A DNA stretch of 64,000 nucleotides from Epithemia pelagica (lineage: Eukaryota > Protista > Bacillariophyta): assembly GCA_946965045.2 (NCBI GenBank), contig OX337229.1, positions 4,898,001-4,962,000 of the forward strand, in the 5' to 3' direction. The notes beneath the pieces are model-generated. The model did not search any database, had not been told where the DNA came from, and saw only the letters and a list, made by a program, of their open reading frames with translations. Made by a program: the position numbers and the translations under genes. Positions within the stretch are counted from its first letter, which is position 1; each line of letters starts with the position of its first letter. This document shows, piece after piece, positions 34,170 to 46,416 of the stretch.

Positions 34170-34220
34170 AGCAGCGTATACGCTACTCCCATATATGGGA
34201 GCAGCGTATACGCTACTCCC
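34170..34220. repeat. Subterminal 21-bp direct repeat with palindromic cores at the piggyBac left end
   Basis: AGCAGCGTATACGCTACTCCC occurs twice (34170-34190, 34200-34220). Palindromes AGCGTATACGCT and CCCATATATGGG. Confidence 0.85.
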
Positions 34221-34519
34221 TTAACCTTCACTTCGTATAACTTCCTGAAACTTCAATTTCATGCAGATCTGACTTCATCGTTCGAAAGATCTTGGAATTC
34301 CGAACAACTTCATATATGATAGTCTACAGTAAATACACAGTCAATAGCGTGATATTTCGCTTTGAAAAATTGGCAATTTTCCTCATTTCTGTTCATTTCG
34401 ATCATCCTGCGCCTAGGGCCCAACTTTGTATGATTCTATATTCCTATCATCTGGGCCGATCGTTGCAGGATTCTCCATTTTGACGGTCAATATAGTGAAG
34501 AAGACGTCCACCAAAGGCA

Positions 34520-35365
34520 ATGTCGTCTGCAGCTGTACCTGCGGAGAACGAGGACCAAGAGTCAGGACAACCGAATTTGTCGCAACCGCTCATCGAACCA
34601 GATATTGACCATGCCACCAAAGATACCGCCCAACTTCCCGAACAATCTGTTGGCAATGCCTTAGCAACAGAGGCAGCCTTTGGTGTTCCCCCCCCCCCCC
34701 CCCCCCAACCACCACCACCGTTTGAAGCAATCGCCAACAATACTGTCGCACCTCCATCCCGCAATTCAGAAGCAATGGATTCATCCACCAACGTTGCACC
34801 TACAACTACTACAACAACAGCAACACGCGAACATGCAACAGAATCGGGTTCCAACGTTGCCCGTCCAGGAGTCGTCGCTACCGAAACAACACAGACACAA
34901 GAACTTCCACCCGAATCTCAACGTCCACCTGGCAACAACCACCAGCGATCGCGGTTTTCGTATGCCAAGCGCTTTCTTGTTGCTCCAGACGAATTTTGGA
35001 TCCATGATAACTTCTACCAAGATTTTCTACGGCGCTTTCGTCCAAATGAAACTGACAATCCTGTTCGTGTAGTCGGAAAAATCATGGAGTGCCCGTCAAA
35101 GAAAAATGGCAATGCTTATTCCATTATCTGGGACAACGGTACGATTAGTACTATGCAAGTCCCCCAGAACTGGATCAAGTCTCAGTTCATATCAACGAAA
35201 ACAGTGAAAGAGAGGCTTCGTGAGTACATTGAAGCATACAGGCCAAATGGTGAACCATCTGTAACACAACAGCAACAACAACAAAGTCAAGTTAGCCTCT
35301 TATTTTCAGACCTCAAACCGTATGTACAGTCTGGGAACTGCTCTTCCCTCTGTAGAGATTCTTGA
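34520..35365 (+). CDS. piggyBac N-terminal ORF (probably the 5' part of the transposase gene)
   Basis: 281-aa ORF with a disordered P/T-rich start and a globular segment (DFLRRFRP..VVGKIMECP..YSIIWD). Different frame from the DDD ORF. Confidence 0.5.
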   Translation: MSSAAVPAENEDQESGQPNLSQPLIEPDIDHATKDTAQLPEQSVGNALATEAAFGVPPPPPPQPPPPFEAIANNTVAPPSRNSEAMDSSTNVAPTTTTTTATREHATESGSNVARPGVVATETTQTQELPPESQRPPGNNHQRSRFSYAKRFLVAPDEFWIHDNFYQDFLRRFRPNETDNPVRVVGKIMECPSKKNGNAYSIIWDNGTISTMQVPQNWIKSQFISTKTVKERLREYIEAYRPNGEPSVTQQQQQQSQVSLLFSDLKPYVQSGNCSSLCRDS

Positions 35366-36926
35366 TAGTGAAGGATGGGCTTCGAGATACATGCGGTTGG
35401 CCAGATTCCGTCAGATAAGAGGAGCCTTTCACTTTGAGAACAAAGGTGCTGCAAGGGGCGGTGACAAGTGCTACCAGCTTCGGAAACTCATTCAAGCTGT
35501 TAACGCTGCTTCCAAGAGATCATTTTGGATTCCTCAAGATTTGGCATTTGATGAAGGTGGAATTGGCTGTCGCTCCCGGTACTGCCCTGTTAGGCAGTAC
35601 AACAAGGACAAGCCGCAAAAATTTCGTGTAGACTTCTTCATTCTCGCTTCTTCCAGGTCCTACGCAATTCTCCATCTGGACGTATATCAAGGAAAAAATG
35701 CTACCAACTCTTATATACGAGAGGAGGCCAAGAAACTTCCTACAACGATGAAGGCTGTGGTAAACGCATGTTATGCGTTGGAGTTGCATAAGGAAACCAA
35801 CGGATTCCGTCATTTGGCAATGGACAATAGATATGCAGCGCCCCAATTACTGGTTATTCTTCGTGATCGTCTGAAAATCCTCGCGACAGGCACAGTACGT
35901 TCAAACAGAGTCGGGTGGAACAAGAGACTGATGCAACTAAAGAAGACAAAAACTAACCGCAGAACAATCCACCTGGCACACGACGAAGTGAATGGAATCG
36001 TCATTGGGCAATGGGTGGACTCGAAAGTGGTAAATTTTGCATCGAGTTACGAAAATAATGGCAAAGGACAGGTACAAGGACAAGTTGGACCCAACAAAGA
36101 GATATTCAATTGCCCTATAGTTCTCATTCGGTATCAAGAGACAATGGGGGGGATAGATGAAGGGGACCAGATGCGACAACATTTTGGCGGTTTTGCCACC
36201 CATGGGCATTTCAAAAAGTGGTACAAGAAGACTGGTTTAGGCATAATGGATGTTATGCTTCTAAATGCCTACATCGGATGGAACATGTCCGCTGGAGACC
36301 GTGTCCGAGCTCGACGCACTAAGCTCACGCGGCATGCATTCTACACCTGTGTCGCACAAGCAATGTGCAGCTACGTCCACACAGAGGAAGTAGACGCTTT
36401 GGCAAGGAGGATTACTGCAGCAAGGGAACGAACGTGTGAAGATGGGCACTATCCCATCCCATTGGAGGGTAACAGACGAGTTGCATGCGCCGTATGTTTG
36501 TTGGAATATCGTTGGAAACGCAAAGAGCTCGGTATGAAAGGCATTTTTACCAACGTGGGTCAATGTGCCAAGTGTGGGATTGTTGCCCATTTGGTATCAT
36601 GCAAGGACGAAAGAGAAGATGGATGGAAGATCCATCAACTCCCTCAATTCACCGATCTCACATGCTTCGAGATTCTCCATTCGACCAATGGAAGAGAAAT
36701 GTTCATGTGTCGACCAGCGTCATCTCCGGGAGCTCGATACAAATACACAACAAAGAAGAATCATCCAATCATAATGGATCTACGCGAGAAACACGGTTTG
36801 CCTCCAGAGTGGACGAGGAAAAGAAAGCGCAGGAACCACGGACGGAATGATACAGAAGAAGACGATGACAACAATGATGGTGACAATGAAAGTACTGACG
36901 AAAGTAGAGAAATGCATGAACTGTAG
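35322..36926 (+). CDS. piggyBac (PGBD/DDE_Tnp_1_7) transposase catalytic region plus Cys-rich C-terminus
   Basis: RF.QI...FHF, LAFDEGG, YNKDKPQKF, MDNRY, GTVRSNR, WVDSKVV, YQETMGGIDEGDQ, KKWYKK, C-terminal CAVC..CAKC..H. Confidence 0.9.
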   Translation: MYSLGTALPSVEILDSEGWASRYMRLARFRQIRGAFHFENKGAARGGDKCYQLRKLIQAVNAASKRSFWIPQDLAFDEGGIGCRSRYCPVRQYNKDKPQKFRVDFFILASSRSYAILHLDVYQGKNATNSYIREEAKKLPTTMKAVVNACYALELHKETNGFRHLAMDNRYAAPQLLVILRDRLKILATGTVRSNRVGWNKRLMQLKKTKTNRRTIHLAHDEVNGIVIGQWVDSKVVNFASSYENNGKGQVQGQVGPNKEIFNCPIVLIRYQETMGGIDEGDQMRQHFGGFATHGHFKKWYKKTGLGIMDVMLLNAYIGWNMSAGDRVRARRTKLTRHAFYTCVAQAMCSYVHTEEVDALARRITAARERTCEDGHYPIPLEGNRRVACAVCLLEYRWKRKELGMKGIFTNVGQCAKCGIVAHLVSCKDEREDGWKIHQLPQFTDLTCFEILHSTNGREMFMCRPASSPGARYKYTTKKNHPIIMDLREKHGLPPEWTRKRKRRNHGRNDTEEDDDNNDGDNESTDESREMHEL

Positions 36927-36991
36927 AAGAGAATTGAATAATCTAAATAAGAGAATATTACCCACTTTGACGCTAGTCTCTTAGTGCTTGA

Positions 36992-37519
36992 TTACTCGTC
37001 GTGATTGATAGGACCTTCGCGAAAGCCAACGTACTGTTCATCTGGGTTCTCGTTGGGGAAGTTTTCGCGAACAAAATCAACCAAACAATCAGGAAGTTGT
37101 ACACGGTGGCCGCGTCCAAGGGGGCCGTGAAGCTTGTTCGACAAGCGGCGATACAATTGATATCGAATACTGCGATTCGATTCACCTTTTTTCTTCATAT
37201 GCATTGCTATTTCATGAAGGTAAGGAAGATTGTCGACAATAACGCAGGGATTTTGTTGACAGACTCTGCAAACACTCTCCCAATGCATGTATCCGTGAGT
37301 TTGGGAGGGAGGCGTATTGTGGTTGAGTTCGTGGAGAATCGTACTGATGCTTTCAGGACAAGCGTATTGTTTGGGCAGATATCTAGTCTCAGTAGCTTCA
37401 GCGGTCTCGTCAATGACACTGCCCTTTTCTCCAGTAACTAGCACTCGGGGTTTCTGGAGAGTGAAGGGGACCATCACAACAGTGTTTGCTTGATTGTTGT
37501 CTTCAGGTTCAAGATGCAT
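36992..37519 (-). CDS. Small cargo protein with a P2X7 cytoplasmic-ballast-like (P2RX7_C-like) domain
   Basis: CRVCQQNPC, SNRSIRYQLYRR, HGPLGRGHRVQLPDCLVDFVRENFP...QYVGFR. Lies between the transposase stop and the right TIR. Confidence 0.65.
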   Translation of the reverse strand: MHLEPEDNNQANTVVMVPFTLQKPRVLVTGEKGSVIDETAEATETRYLPKQYACPESISTILHELNHNTPPSQTHGYMHWESVCRVCQQNPCVIVDNLPYLHEIAMHMKKKGESNRSIRYQLYRRLSNKLHGPLGRGHRVQLPDCLVDFVRENFPNENPDEQYVGFREGPINHDE

Positions 37520-37860
37520 CTCTGCAACTTCGATCGACTCGATGAGACCTGCATTTTTGCACAGAAAAGATTAGAGGGGTGAATGGAAACAAGAAACACT
37601 TGATGGGTTGGATTCCTGTATGAAATAATCCGCGCACTTACCATTCATGATCTTCGGTTGGGAGGCGGTGTTGATGGAAGGCCAGTAGACGAGTAATGAA
37701 TAGAAGTAACAATAGATTGCTTTGGTATCATTCATGAATGAGTGACCTTGGACGCGATGAATGAGGGAAAAAATGACACAGGTGTCATTGCTTAACACAG
37801 CTTGCTTTACTGTTTTAATAAGGGAGACAGCAATTTGAGCAGCACGTTGACTCCGATAAA

Positions 37861-37922
37861 ATTTATGGGAGACACCTATATGCTGCTCGCATAAGCTTAA
37901 AACCTGTTCTTTACGATTGGCG
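37861..37922 (-). repeat. Right end of piggyBac: internal repeat (37861-37890), 20-bp spacer, TIR (37911-37922)
   Basis: Reverse complement reads CGCCAATCGTAA-N20-GCGAGCAGCATATAGGTGTCTCCCATAAAT. Confidence 0.88.
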
Positions 37923-38192
37923 TTAAAAGCTTGTTCCGTCTCGGATTGCACTACAGATAGATTATCAACAAGCTAGCCTTTCTCGTCCTAGAGAGGTCGC
38001 GTCAATGTCCCAAAAGGCGAGGTTGTTCGTCCAAACATCATCCAAGATTTCGGGGAGGCAACGTGTTCTCGTAGGACAGAATTCAGGTCTCAGCGTATAT
38101 CGACAACCGATTAGGCGTAAGAAAGTGCGCCGGTCAGTTGGATGGCACGTGTCATTAATTAATTTTGGTCCTGATGTCGGAAATCTGGTCCC

Positions 38193-38397
38193 GATCTCGG
38201 AATTCGGGTCGATCTCGGAATTCGGGCCAGATCTCGGAATTCGGGTCGATCTCGGAATTCGGGCCAGATCTCGGAATTCTGGTTTTGTACTCTAAAAATA
38301 AAGAATACTTTTGTCGGAATTCGGGCCAGATCTCGGAATTCGGGCCAGATCTCGGAATTCGGGCCAGATCTCGGAATTCGGGCCAGATCTCGGAATT
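38193..38397. repeat. Two short arrays of an 18/19-bp tandem repeat (GATCTCGGAATTCGGGYC[A])
   Basis: About 4.5 units at 38193-38279 and about 4.5 at 38315-38397, separated by an AT-rich 35-bp spacer. Confidence 0.92.
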
Positions 38398-38800
38398 TGG
38401 TCTTTCCGTTGAATGGTTTTCAGGTTGCCATGCCTGCTTGCAATATCCCGTTTGACAGGTGACAGGTCAACTCGGCTCTCTAATGACTAGATAGCTAGGA
38501 GTACTATTAGCCATTATCGAAATTCGGGGTTTTAGCTATGGAATGGGAACACTATCTACTTCAAGGAATGATTAACTAGGATAGGTTGTGCTATGGCTTT
38601 TGTCTGACTTCTTGTCCGGACTCGACAGGTCATTGGCAAATCTCTTGGCAGCCTCTCGTCCGAGACGGAACCAGCTTTTAAGGCAATTTCTATGCGCGAC
38701 CTTTCGCCTCTTGAGAATCTTTTGTCCATGAGAACAATTGTCAGACTCAGATACCGTTGCCCAAAGTTACGCAACGATCATTATATTCGAAACCGCGAAC

Positions 38801-39484
38801 ATGAGTGTCGTTCCAGCCGCGTACTTTTCCCTAACGGCAAGCTGGTTTCATTGGGCCGTGGCAATTCCCATGGTCGGATGTGTTGGAACCGTGTTGAAGG
38901 CTCAACAGTCCCCAAAGTCAGAAAAGGGCAAATGGATGTTCCGGCACAAATCACTAGGCCTTTTGTCCGCAATGATTGTTGCCCCCCGTTTGTGCTACCG
39001 TCTGCTGTCACGACCAGCATACAATGTCCGCGACATTCAAGGAAACTCGGCATTTGAGAATATGGCCGGAAAATTTACGCACTACCTTATGTACGGTTGG
39101 ATGGTCGTAATGCCCGGAACAGGTATTGCTATGGGATACTACGGCGGCAAGGGTCTTCCTTTCTTCTACACAACATTTTCCGGAATCACAAAGACAGAGG
39201 ACAACAAAAAATCCACTGGAGAAATTGCCAAGAACGCGTTCAAAGTTCACAAGCAACTTGGCACGTATGGAAAATATTGTGAGTATCTTTGAGACGATCC
39301 TTTTATCGTCCATTTTTTGTGAAGAAAAGGATCTTTTGGGACATCTAATGTTCTTTTTGTTGTTGCGTTGTTTCCCATTTCATCTTTAGTGGTCCCTGTT
39401 CATGCTGGTGCGGCCTTTGCTCATTATTTCCGAGGTCAAACGATATTTTCTCGCATCAATCCATTCCGCACCCCCAGAGCCTAG
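38801..39484 (+). CDS. Bacterial-type di-heme cytochrome b561 (CybB/YceJ family), 2 exons
   Basis: FHW.VA, HKSLGLL, HYLMY...MPGTG, GKGLPFF, HKQLG, then intron 39279-39389, then LVPVHAGAAFAH. The N-terminus may extend upstream. Confidence 0.82.
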
Positions 39485-39764
39485 TTTCCCTTTCTTTTCT
39501 CTGATCGATAAGGACTACAGGTAGTATCAGTCAAAATTGTAATAGCTGAATAATTTGTCCTCCGCATGACTATAATCAAAGCATGTTTTACGTCTGACTC
39601 GTTGTCTTCATCCGTTTGTGCCCATGATTTTTGTCCCGCGCGGCGAAGTTTCAATGAACTCAGTTTTGCTTTCGTCGTCGAAACACACCACCAGAGGGTA
39701 CTGATAATGACTCTCAAATACAGTGTGACCGTCAAAAGTTGTTACTATGTTTGATTAGAATAGA

Positions 39765-41513
<1,749 letters not shown>

Positions 41514-41857
41514 GGTTGAATGTCGAATCTCTCGTTCAAACCGCCGATGATGTGTGTGGTACCGCTGTAACACACAGATCCGATCTCGTAGGAAAAGTAG
41601 TCTACCATCGTGTACTTGCGTGGTAAAGCACGACAACAACGTCATCTACCGTCTGTGCGAGGTCCGTCTCGCTCCTCAGGAGCGGTCAGATATCATATAG
41701 GGTCTAAATAATTTCGAATAATTCATCATCAATAACGCTGGAGCTTTGGGTAGAAAGTCGGCCATTGCGTTTGTGTCGCGTCGAGCAAAGTGCAATCGAT
41801 CTATCGATCGGTCGGCAATCGAGCTCTTGACGCGTTGTGCGCAAACACAAAGTCACC

Positions 41858-42510
41858 ATGTTGTCTCGGACATCCTTTCAATTGGGATGCCGCGTTGCGG
41901 CCCGTACCATGAGCACAGAAGCTGCTCCTGCAATGGCCACTACCGTCAAACTCAATTTCTCGCTTCCTCATGAAACTATTTATAAGGCTGCTTCAGTGTA
42001 CAGAGTTATCATTCCAGGCGTGTACGTGTTCATTTTGTTTCGTGGCATATGAAACTTTCATTGCATTTTCTAACGATAGTAGTTTGTCTGGCTTTCAGGG
42101 AGGGAGAGTACGGTGTTGGTCCCGGTCATGTTCCTTCTGTTGCTCAATTGAAACCAGGCGTTTTGCAGATCATTCACGATGAAGCCTCTGTAAATGAGCC
42201 GGAAAAGTACTTTGTCGCTGGAGGGTACGCGATGACGCATGCTGATTCCACCACGGTAAGATGATACAGTCTGGAGTTACTCGTTTCAGTTGTCGACATC
42301 ACACTAATATTTGCTTTCCTTCAGGATGTTGCGTGCCCTGAGGCTGTCAAATTGGACGATTTGGATAGTGCCTCTGTCTCAAGCCAGTACGAGGCTGCGA
42401 AATCTGCATATGCATCAGCTTCTGCTGGTTCTGTTGAACAAGCAGAGGCACAAATTGATATGGAAGTGAATAAGGCTATGGGCGCGGCACTCGGGCTTAA
42501 CCTTAATTAG
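41858..42510 (+). CDS. ATP16: Mitochondrial F1-ATP synthase delta subunit, 3 exons
   Basis: Exons 41858-42021, 42099-42255, 42325-42510 give LNFSLPHETIY..VIIPGVEGEYGVGPGHVPSVAQLKPGV..KYFVAGGYA..DVACPEAVKLDD. Confidence 0.92.
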
Positions 42511-42649
42511 ACTGTTTTACTTTTTGTTCAAGACTTGGGTTCTGTTATCCCCTTTGTAGTCCTATTCAACAACATTGTAACAGGGTCTGGCCTACGTAGT
42601 GGGATCCAATCCATGCCTACGCTACTGGCAACCGAGCCCCAAAGTTCTA

Positions 42650-44645
42650 TTAGGCCCACAGAATCATGGCACCCCGACGGTCGATCGTGGCAACCTTTTG
42701 CTCACCGCTTCCCCAGTGGACTGCGCAAACTCCGGCCTCATGTCCTGCTAGTTTGCCTTTGAAGGATCCGTGCACAGCGTCCCAAATAAAAATGGAGCCA
42801 TTCGATCCAGATCCAGCAGCGGCGTACCGTCCATCTGGACTCAGGACGGACATGAAATAGGATTGGGATGTGCTGAATTCAGCATGACGAAACGTGTGGA
42901 TACTTTTCCCAGTTCGAATGTCAACAAGTTTGAGACTAGAATCCAGACCGTTCGTCAAAGCCTGAGTGCTGCTAACTGGAGAGAAACAAACAGATGAAAC
43001 ACCTCCTTCGTGGAGAGCTGAACGCGCGCGAGTTCAATCAACTGTCTGGGTTAGAAACCATACATGTCCAAGCATTTGAGCCATGTCCCACGTACCAGCA
43101 ATCTCACTTGTGCATACGCCTGCGCGCAAGTCCCAAAATCTTACACCTCCGTCCAAATGACCAGATGCAGCAGAACACGAATCTGATCCAACATCGACAC
43201 AGTTTGCTGTCGATCCATGAGTGAGTGTCGTGGTTTGTTTGTATGTTTGCCGGCTTATATCCCATACTTTCAGGGACCGATCCGCCGATGCAGTCAACAC
43301 CGCTTCACCATTGGAGCATAGTCGCACCGAGGTTATCTTGTGCTGGTGACCAACTAGATGGTGTAGCTGAAGCACCACGTGAGGGAAAAAACGCAAGAAC
43401 GTTAGGGACTGACAATCTTGATTTTGCACATTTCTGTGCAGCTTCCACTTCATTACGTACCATTCGTTGTGTTTGAAAGTTCCACACGCGGCATGTCTTA
43501 TCGCTACCGGCACCAATTACCAAACTTCCGTACATATCGCAGCCAGTCATGGCGTGTCCATGTGACCCGTGCAAGGTCGCGCGTAGACTACCAGTACTTG
43601 TGTCCCAAACCTTCACCGATGCATCGCCACTTGCCGTTGCAACAAAATTGTTCCCAGAACCATCAAAACGAATACAAGTACCCTCCGCTGTATGAGCGGC
43701 GATCCTTCGTCTGACCATGGATGGCATCGCGACACTCAAACTCCCAGGTTTGGGGGCATTTGGGTTTGCTGTATCCCTCGGAGGTGGTGATGCTGGTTCC
43801 TTGCTCTCTTTGTTCCCACCACCCCCAGTAAATGATGTCCCGAACCAGCCAGTACTGCGCTTAGGTTCCACAGGTTTGGGTGGACTGCTCGACTTGAGAC
43901 GTTCATTTTCGCGCCGCAAAGATTCCACCATATCGGTCAAGGCATTCATTTCCTCGACCATCTTTTCCTTGTCTCCGACTAATCGCTTCTCCAAGACTCT
44001 GTTTTCCTTCTTCATTTGATCATTCTCTTCTTGCAAACTTCGTATTGTAAGTTTTAGTCCGCCGTACTGCTTTTCTGCCAACTCTGTTCTCGATTTGGAG
44101 TCCTCTACTTCGGTCTGTAAATGTGCAGTGGCGTGATCCCGTCTCTCAAGTTGTTGTTTCAAGTCCGATATTAGACTTTCATTTTTGGTATTAAGATCCT
44201 GCAACTCTGTGACACGCTTCGCACTTTTCAATGCATCGGCCTTATCCACTGCGTCTTGCTTCATTTTGGAGTTGTATTCATCTTGCAATTTCTCTAGTTT
44301 GTCACGTAATCTGGCTTCATTCTTCAGTGCCGCAGCAGTAGCGCCCATCTTCCCACTACCACTAGAAGCACCGATTACCGCCGAGGAACCTTCCAGTTCA
44401 AGCTGCATTCTGGCAATTTCTTTTTCGGACTGGTCTAGCTTTCTTTGTAGCGCCTCCACTTGTTTCGATAGCTGATAATTGGATTCGTGGATGGACTGGA
44501 ACGGATACGTCTCTTTCGCATTGCGCTCCAGGATCAACCTGTGAAGTAATTCTTGCATCCTCATTGTGGTGGAATTGTTGTCATGAGACGCCATGGTGGG
44601 CTTCTTGGTGGAGTCGTTCGACCACCCGTCGTCCTTTTTTTCCAT
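42650..44645 (-). CDS. ATG16: Autophagy protein ATG16-like (coiled coil plus WD40), 3 exons
   Basis: N-terminal L.ERNAKET.PF, long coiled coil, WD40 repeats ending LWA. Introns 43460-43367 and 43095-43018. Confidence 0.88.
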
Positions 44646-44784
44646 GGCGGTGGTCTCTTGGATTTTTGGGAGAACAAAGGCGACTCATTTGGTAAGAGCG
44701 ACCCATATGTCAGTCGCTCTTATGAACCACCGGCCATGATGACGATCCCAAACGGCGTCAACAGAGCAACATCGACGATAGACA

Positions 44785-46416
44785 ATGAGTAGCAGTCTCC
44801 ACGAGATATTGAAATCCGCACACGAGCAAATCCGTCGAATTGACGATTTAGAGCGCCGGATAAATGAACGATGCATTCGGCTACGTCGTCGCACCTGCAA
44901 TATTATTGAATCTGAAAAATCGGCCTACAGATCCAGCCATTTGAGGTGCTTTGTGACTCACTCACACCGACGCAAAAAGGAAGAAACCTCCTCCGCAACA
45001 ACAGGCACTAGTGAGAATCAGTTGGTGGATACAACATCCTTACACCAGGTTTGGACCTTGAGATTGGAAGGGAAGCTACTTATTGGTAATTTGGATCATG
45101 TGAGTGCCGAAGCGCATGACCAGAGAGTTGGATATGTTGCTCCCAACGATGATTTGGATCGGTCGAAAGGCGAGAAGGAAGAAGAAGAAGTCGTACCAGT
45201 GAGGTTCACAAATTTTTTTGAAAAGGTGGAAGTGGAATTTCAAACACTGTACAGTCCCCGACCACACCCCATGGCCAAGAAGAAAGCTACTCCCTCCAAA
45301 AAACGACGGTCCGCCGGCACGAAGCAACAATCCTCGTCTTTCTCTGATGAAACTACTGTCGATCCAAGGCTTACTGTGACTTCTCCTACGGTTTCTCTCA
45401 CACGGACCAAGGCTGTTGGAGATGCGCACGTGTTCGATTTTCACTATGAATCGCCTCCTCCAATCGAGTCTCGGTATCAGATTGACTCTGTTGTGGCAAA
45501 AGTAAAGCTGTATTCGGACCAATCGGCCGCATCGAAAGATCCCTTTTATGAACTATCCGCTGAATTAGCGAGGAGCCTGTTCCCCAACCACGTTGCCGCC
45601 GAAAAAGCAGAATCCGAATTGGCAGACAGCATGGATTCAACAAAGAAGCGTAAAGTGGAGGATGGCAACTCCGCTGCAACCAGTAGCCCCACTATTCCGA
45701 TCGATAATGAAGTTCACATGCCCGATGGTCTGACCATGGAACAAATATGCACGGTGTTTTTCATGTATATCCAGGATCACAACTTGTGCGATGAATCGGA
45801 CCGGGCCATCATTGTCTGTGACGAAAAGCTACAAAGCCTGTTTGGCATGGAAAAATTCCACTTCTCTGGTCTCCAGCAGATCTTACTGGCCAAGAATTTG
45901 ATAACGCCTCTTCGCCAAAGTCCTGTCAAGCTGGTATACATCATGAAAGAGGAAACGTCCACTTCGTACGTGCCTCCTCCTGGCAAGAGCGACAATGAGT
46001 ATGAAATATTTCCTTCGTTATTTCAGTTTGACATGGACGTTGTTGTGCCTGCCTTGTTTCCGTTTCGATGCCGTGAGATTCTTCGAAGGCTGAAACGTCG
46101 AGAACTAGAATATACGAGCTCGCGAACCAAGGCACGTTATTTACTCATGGCGAGACGTGCCAAAGATGAAGAGGACGTCAAGGCAATGATTGATCAGGTT
46201 GTATCGGGCCATCTCCTGAGCAAGGAGTATATTCCCGTTTGCACGGCCCTGGCGAAAGCGGCCCCACCGCATACCGAGGCCCGAATGGCGGCCAACTACG
46301 ATGCCAGACTCTGCTACTTGATGAGTATGGTGCAAGAACACACTTCCGCGGCTCTCCGTGCATGGAATAAGGTCTCGGCGGTCCTTCCATCGTCTCCGAT
46401 GGCCACTGACTCGTAA
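44785..46416 (+). CDS. SWIB-domain protein (SMARCD/BAF60/Swp73-like)
   Basis: LRCFVTH, WTLRLEGKLL, FTNFFEKVEVEF, FMYIQDHNLCDESDRAIIVCDEKLQSLFG. Confidence 0.82.
   Translation: MSSSLHEILKSAHEQIRRIDDLERRINERCIRLRRRTCNIIESEKSAYRSSHLRCFVTHSHRRKKEETSSATTGTSENQLVDTTSLHQVWTLRLEGKLLIGNLDHVSAEAHDQRVGYVAPNDDLDRSKGEKEEEEVVPVRFTNFFEKVEVEFQTLYSPRPHPMAKKKATPSKKRRSAGTKQQSSSFSDETTVDPRLTVTSPTVSLTRTKAVGDAHVFDFHYESPPPIESRYQIDSVVAKVKLYSDQSAASKDPFYELSAELARSLFPNHVAAEKAESELADSMDSTKKRKVEDGNSAATSSPTIPIDNEVHMPDGLTMEQICTVFFMYIQDHNLCDESDRAIIVCDEKLQSLFGMEKFHFSGLQQILLAKNLITPLRQSPVKLVYIMKEETSTSYVPPPGKSDNEYEIFPSLFQFDMDVVVPALFPFRCREILRRLKRRELEYTSSRTKARYLLMARRAKDEEDVKAMIDQVVSGHLLSKEYIPVCTALAKAAPPHTEARMAANYDARLCYLMSMVQEHTSAALRAWNKVSAVLPSSPMATDS

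Larger units (their letters stand above)
28433..37922 (+). mobile_element. piggyBac-like DNA transposon (3768 bp after removing the nested gypsy and one TSD copy)
   Basis: TTAA at 28429-28432 and 37923-37926. Perfect 12-bp TIR CGCCAATCGTAA. A 30-bp internal inverted repeat (24/30 identical) with spacer 0 on the left and 20 bp on the right. Internal DDE_Tnp_1_7-like transposase. Confidence 0.9.

Noticed and set aside
34221-34240. TTAA followed by CC as the piggyBac left end
   Set aside because: No matching inverted copy exists; the true ends pair at 28433 and 37922.
37571-37951. 126-aa minus-strand ORF
   Set aside because: It crosses the right TIR and TTAA into flanking DNA, so it is not a coherent gene.
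38193-38397. Possible CRISPR array
   Set aside because: The repeats are contiguous with no unique spacers, there are no cas genes, and the context is eukaryotic.
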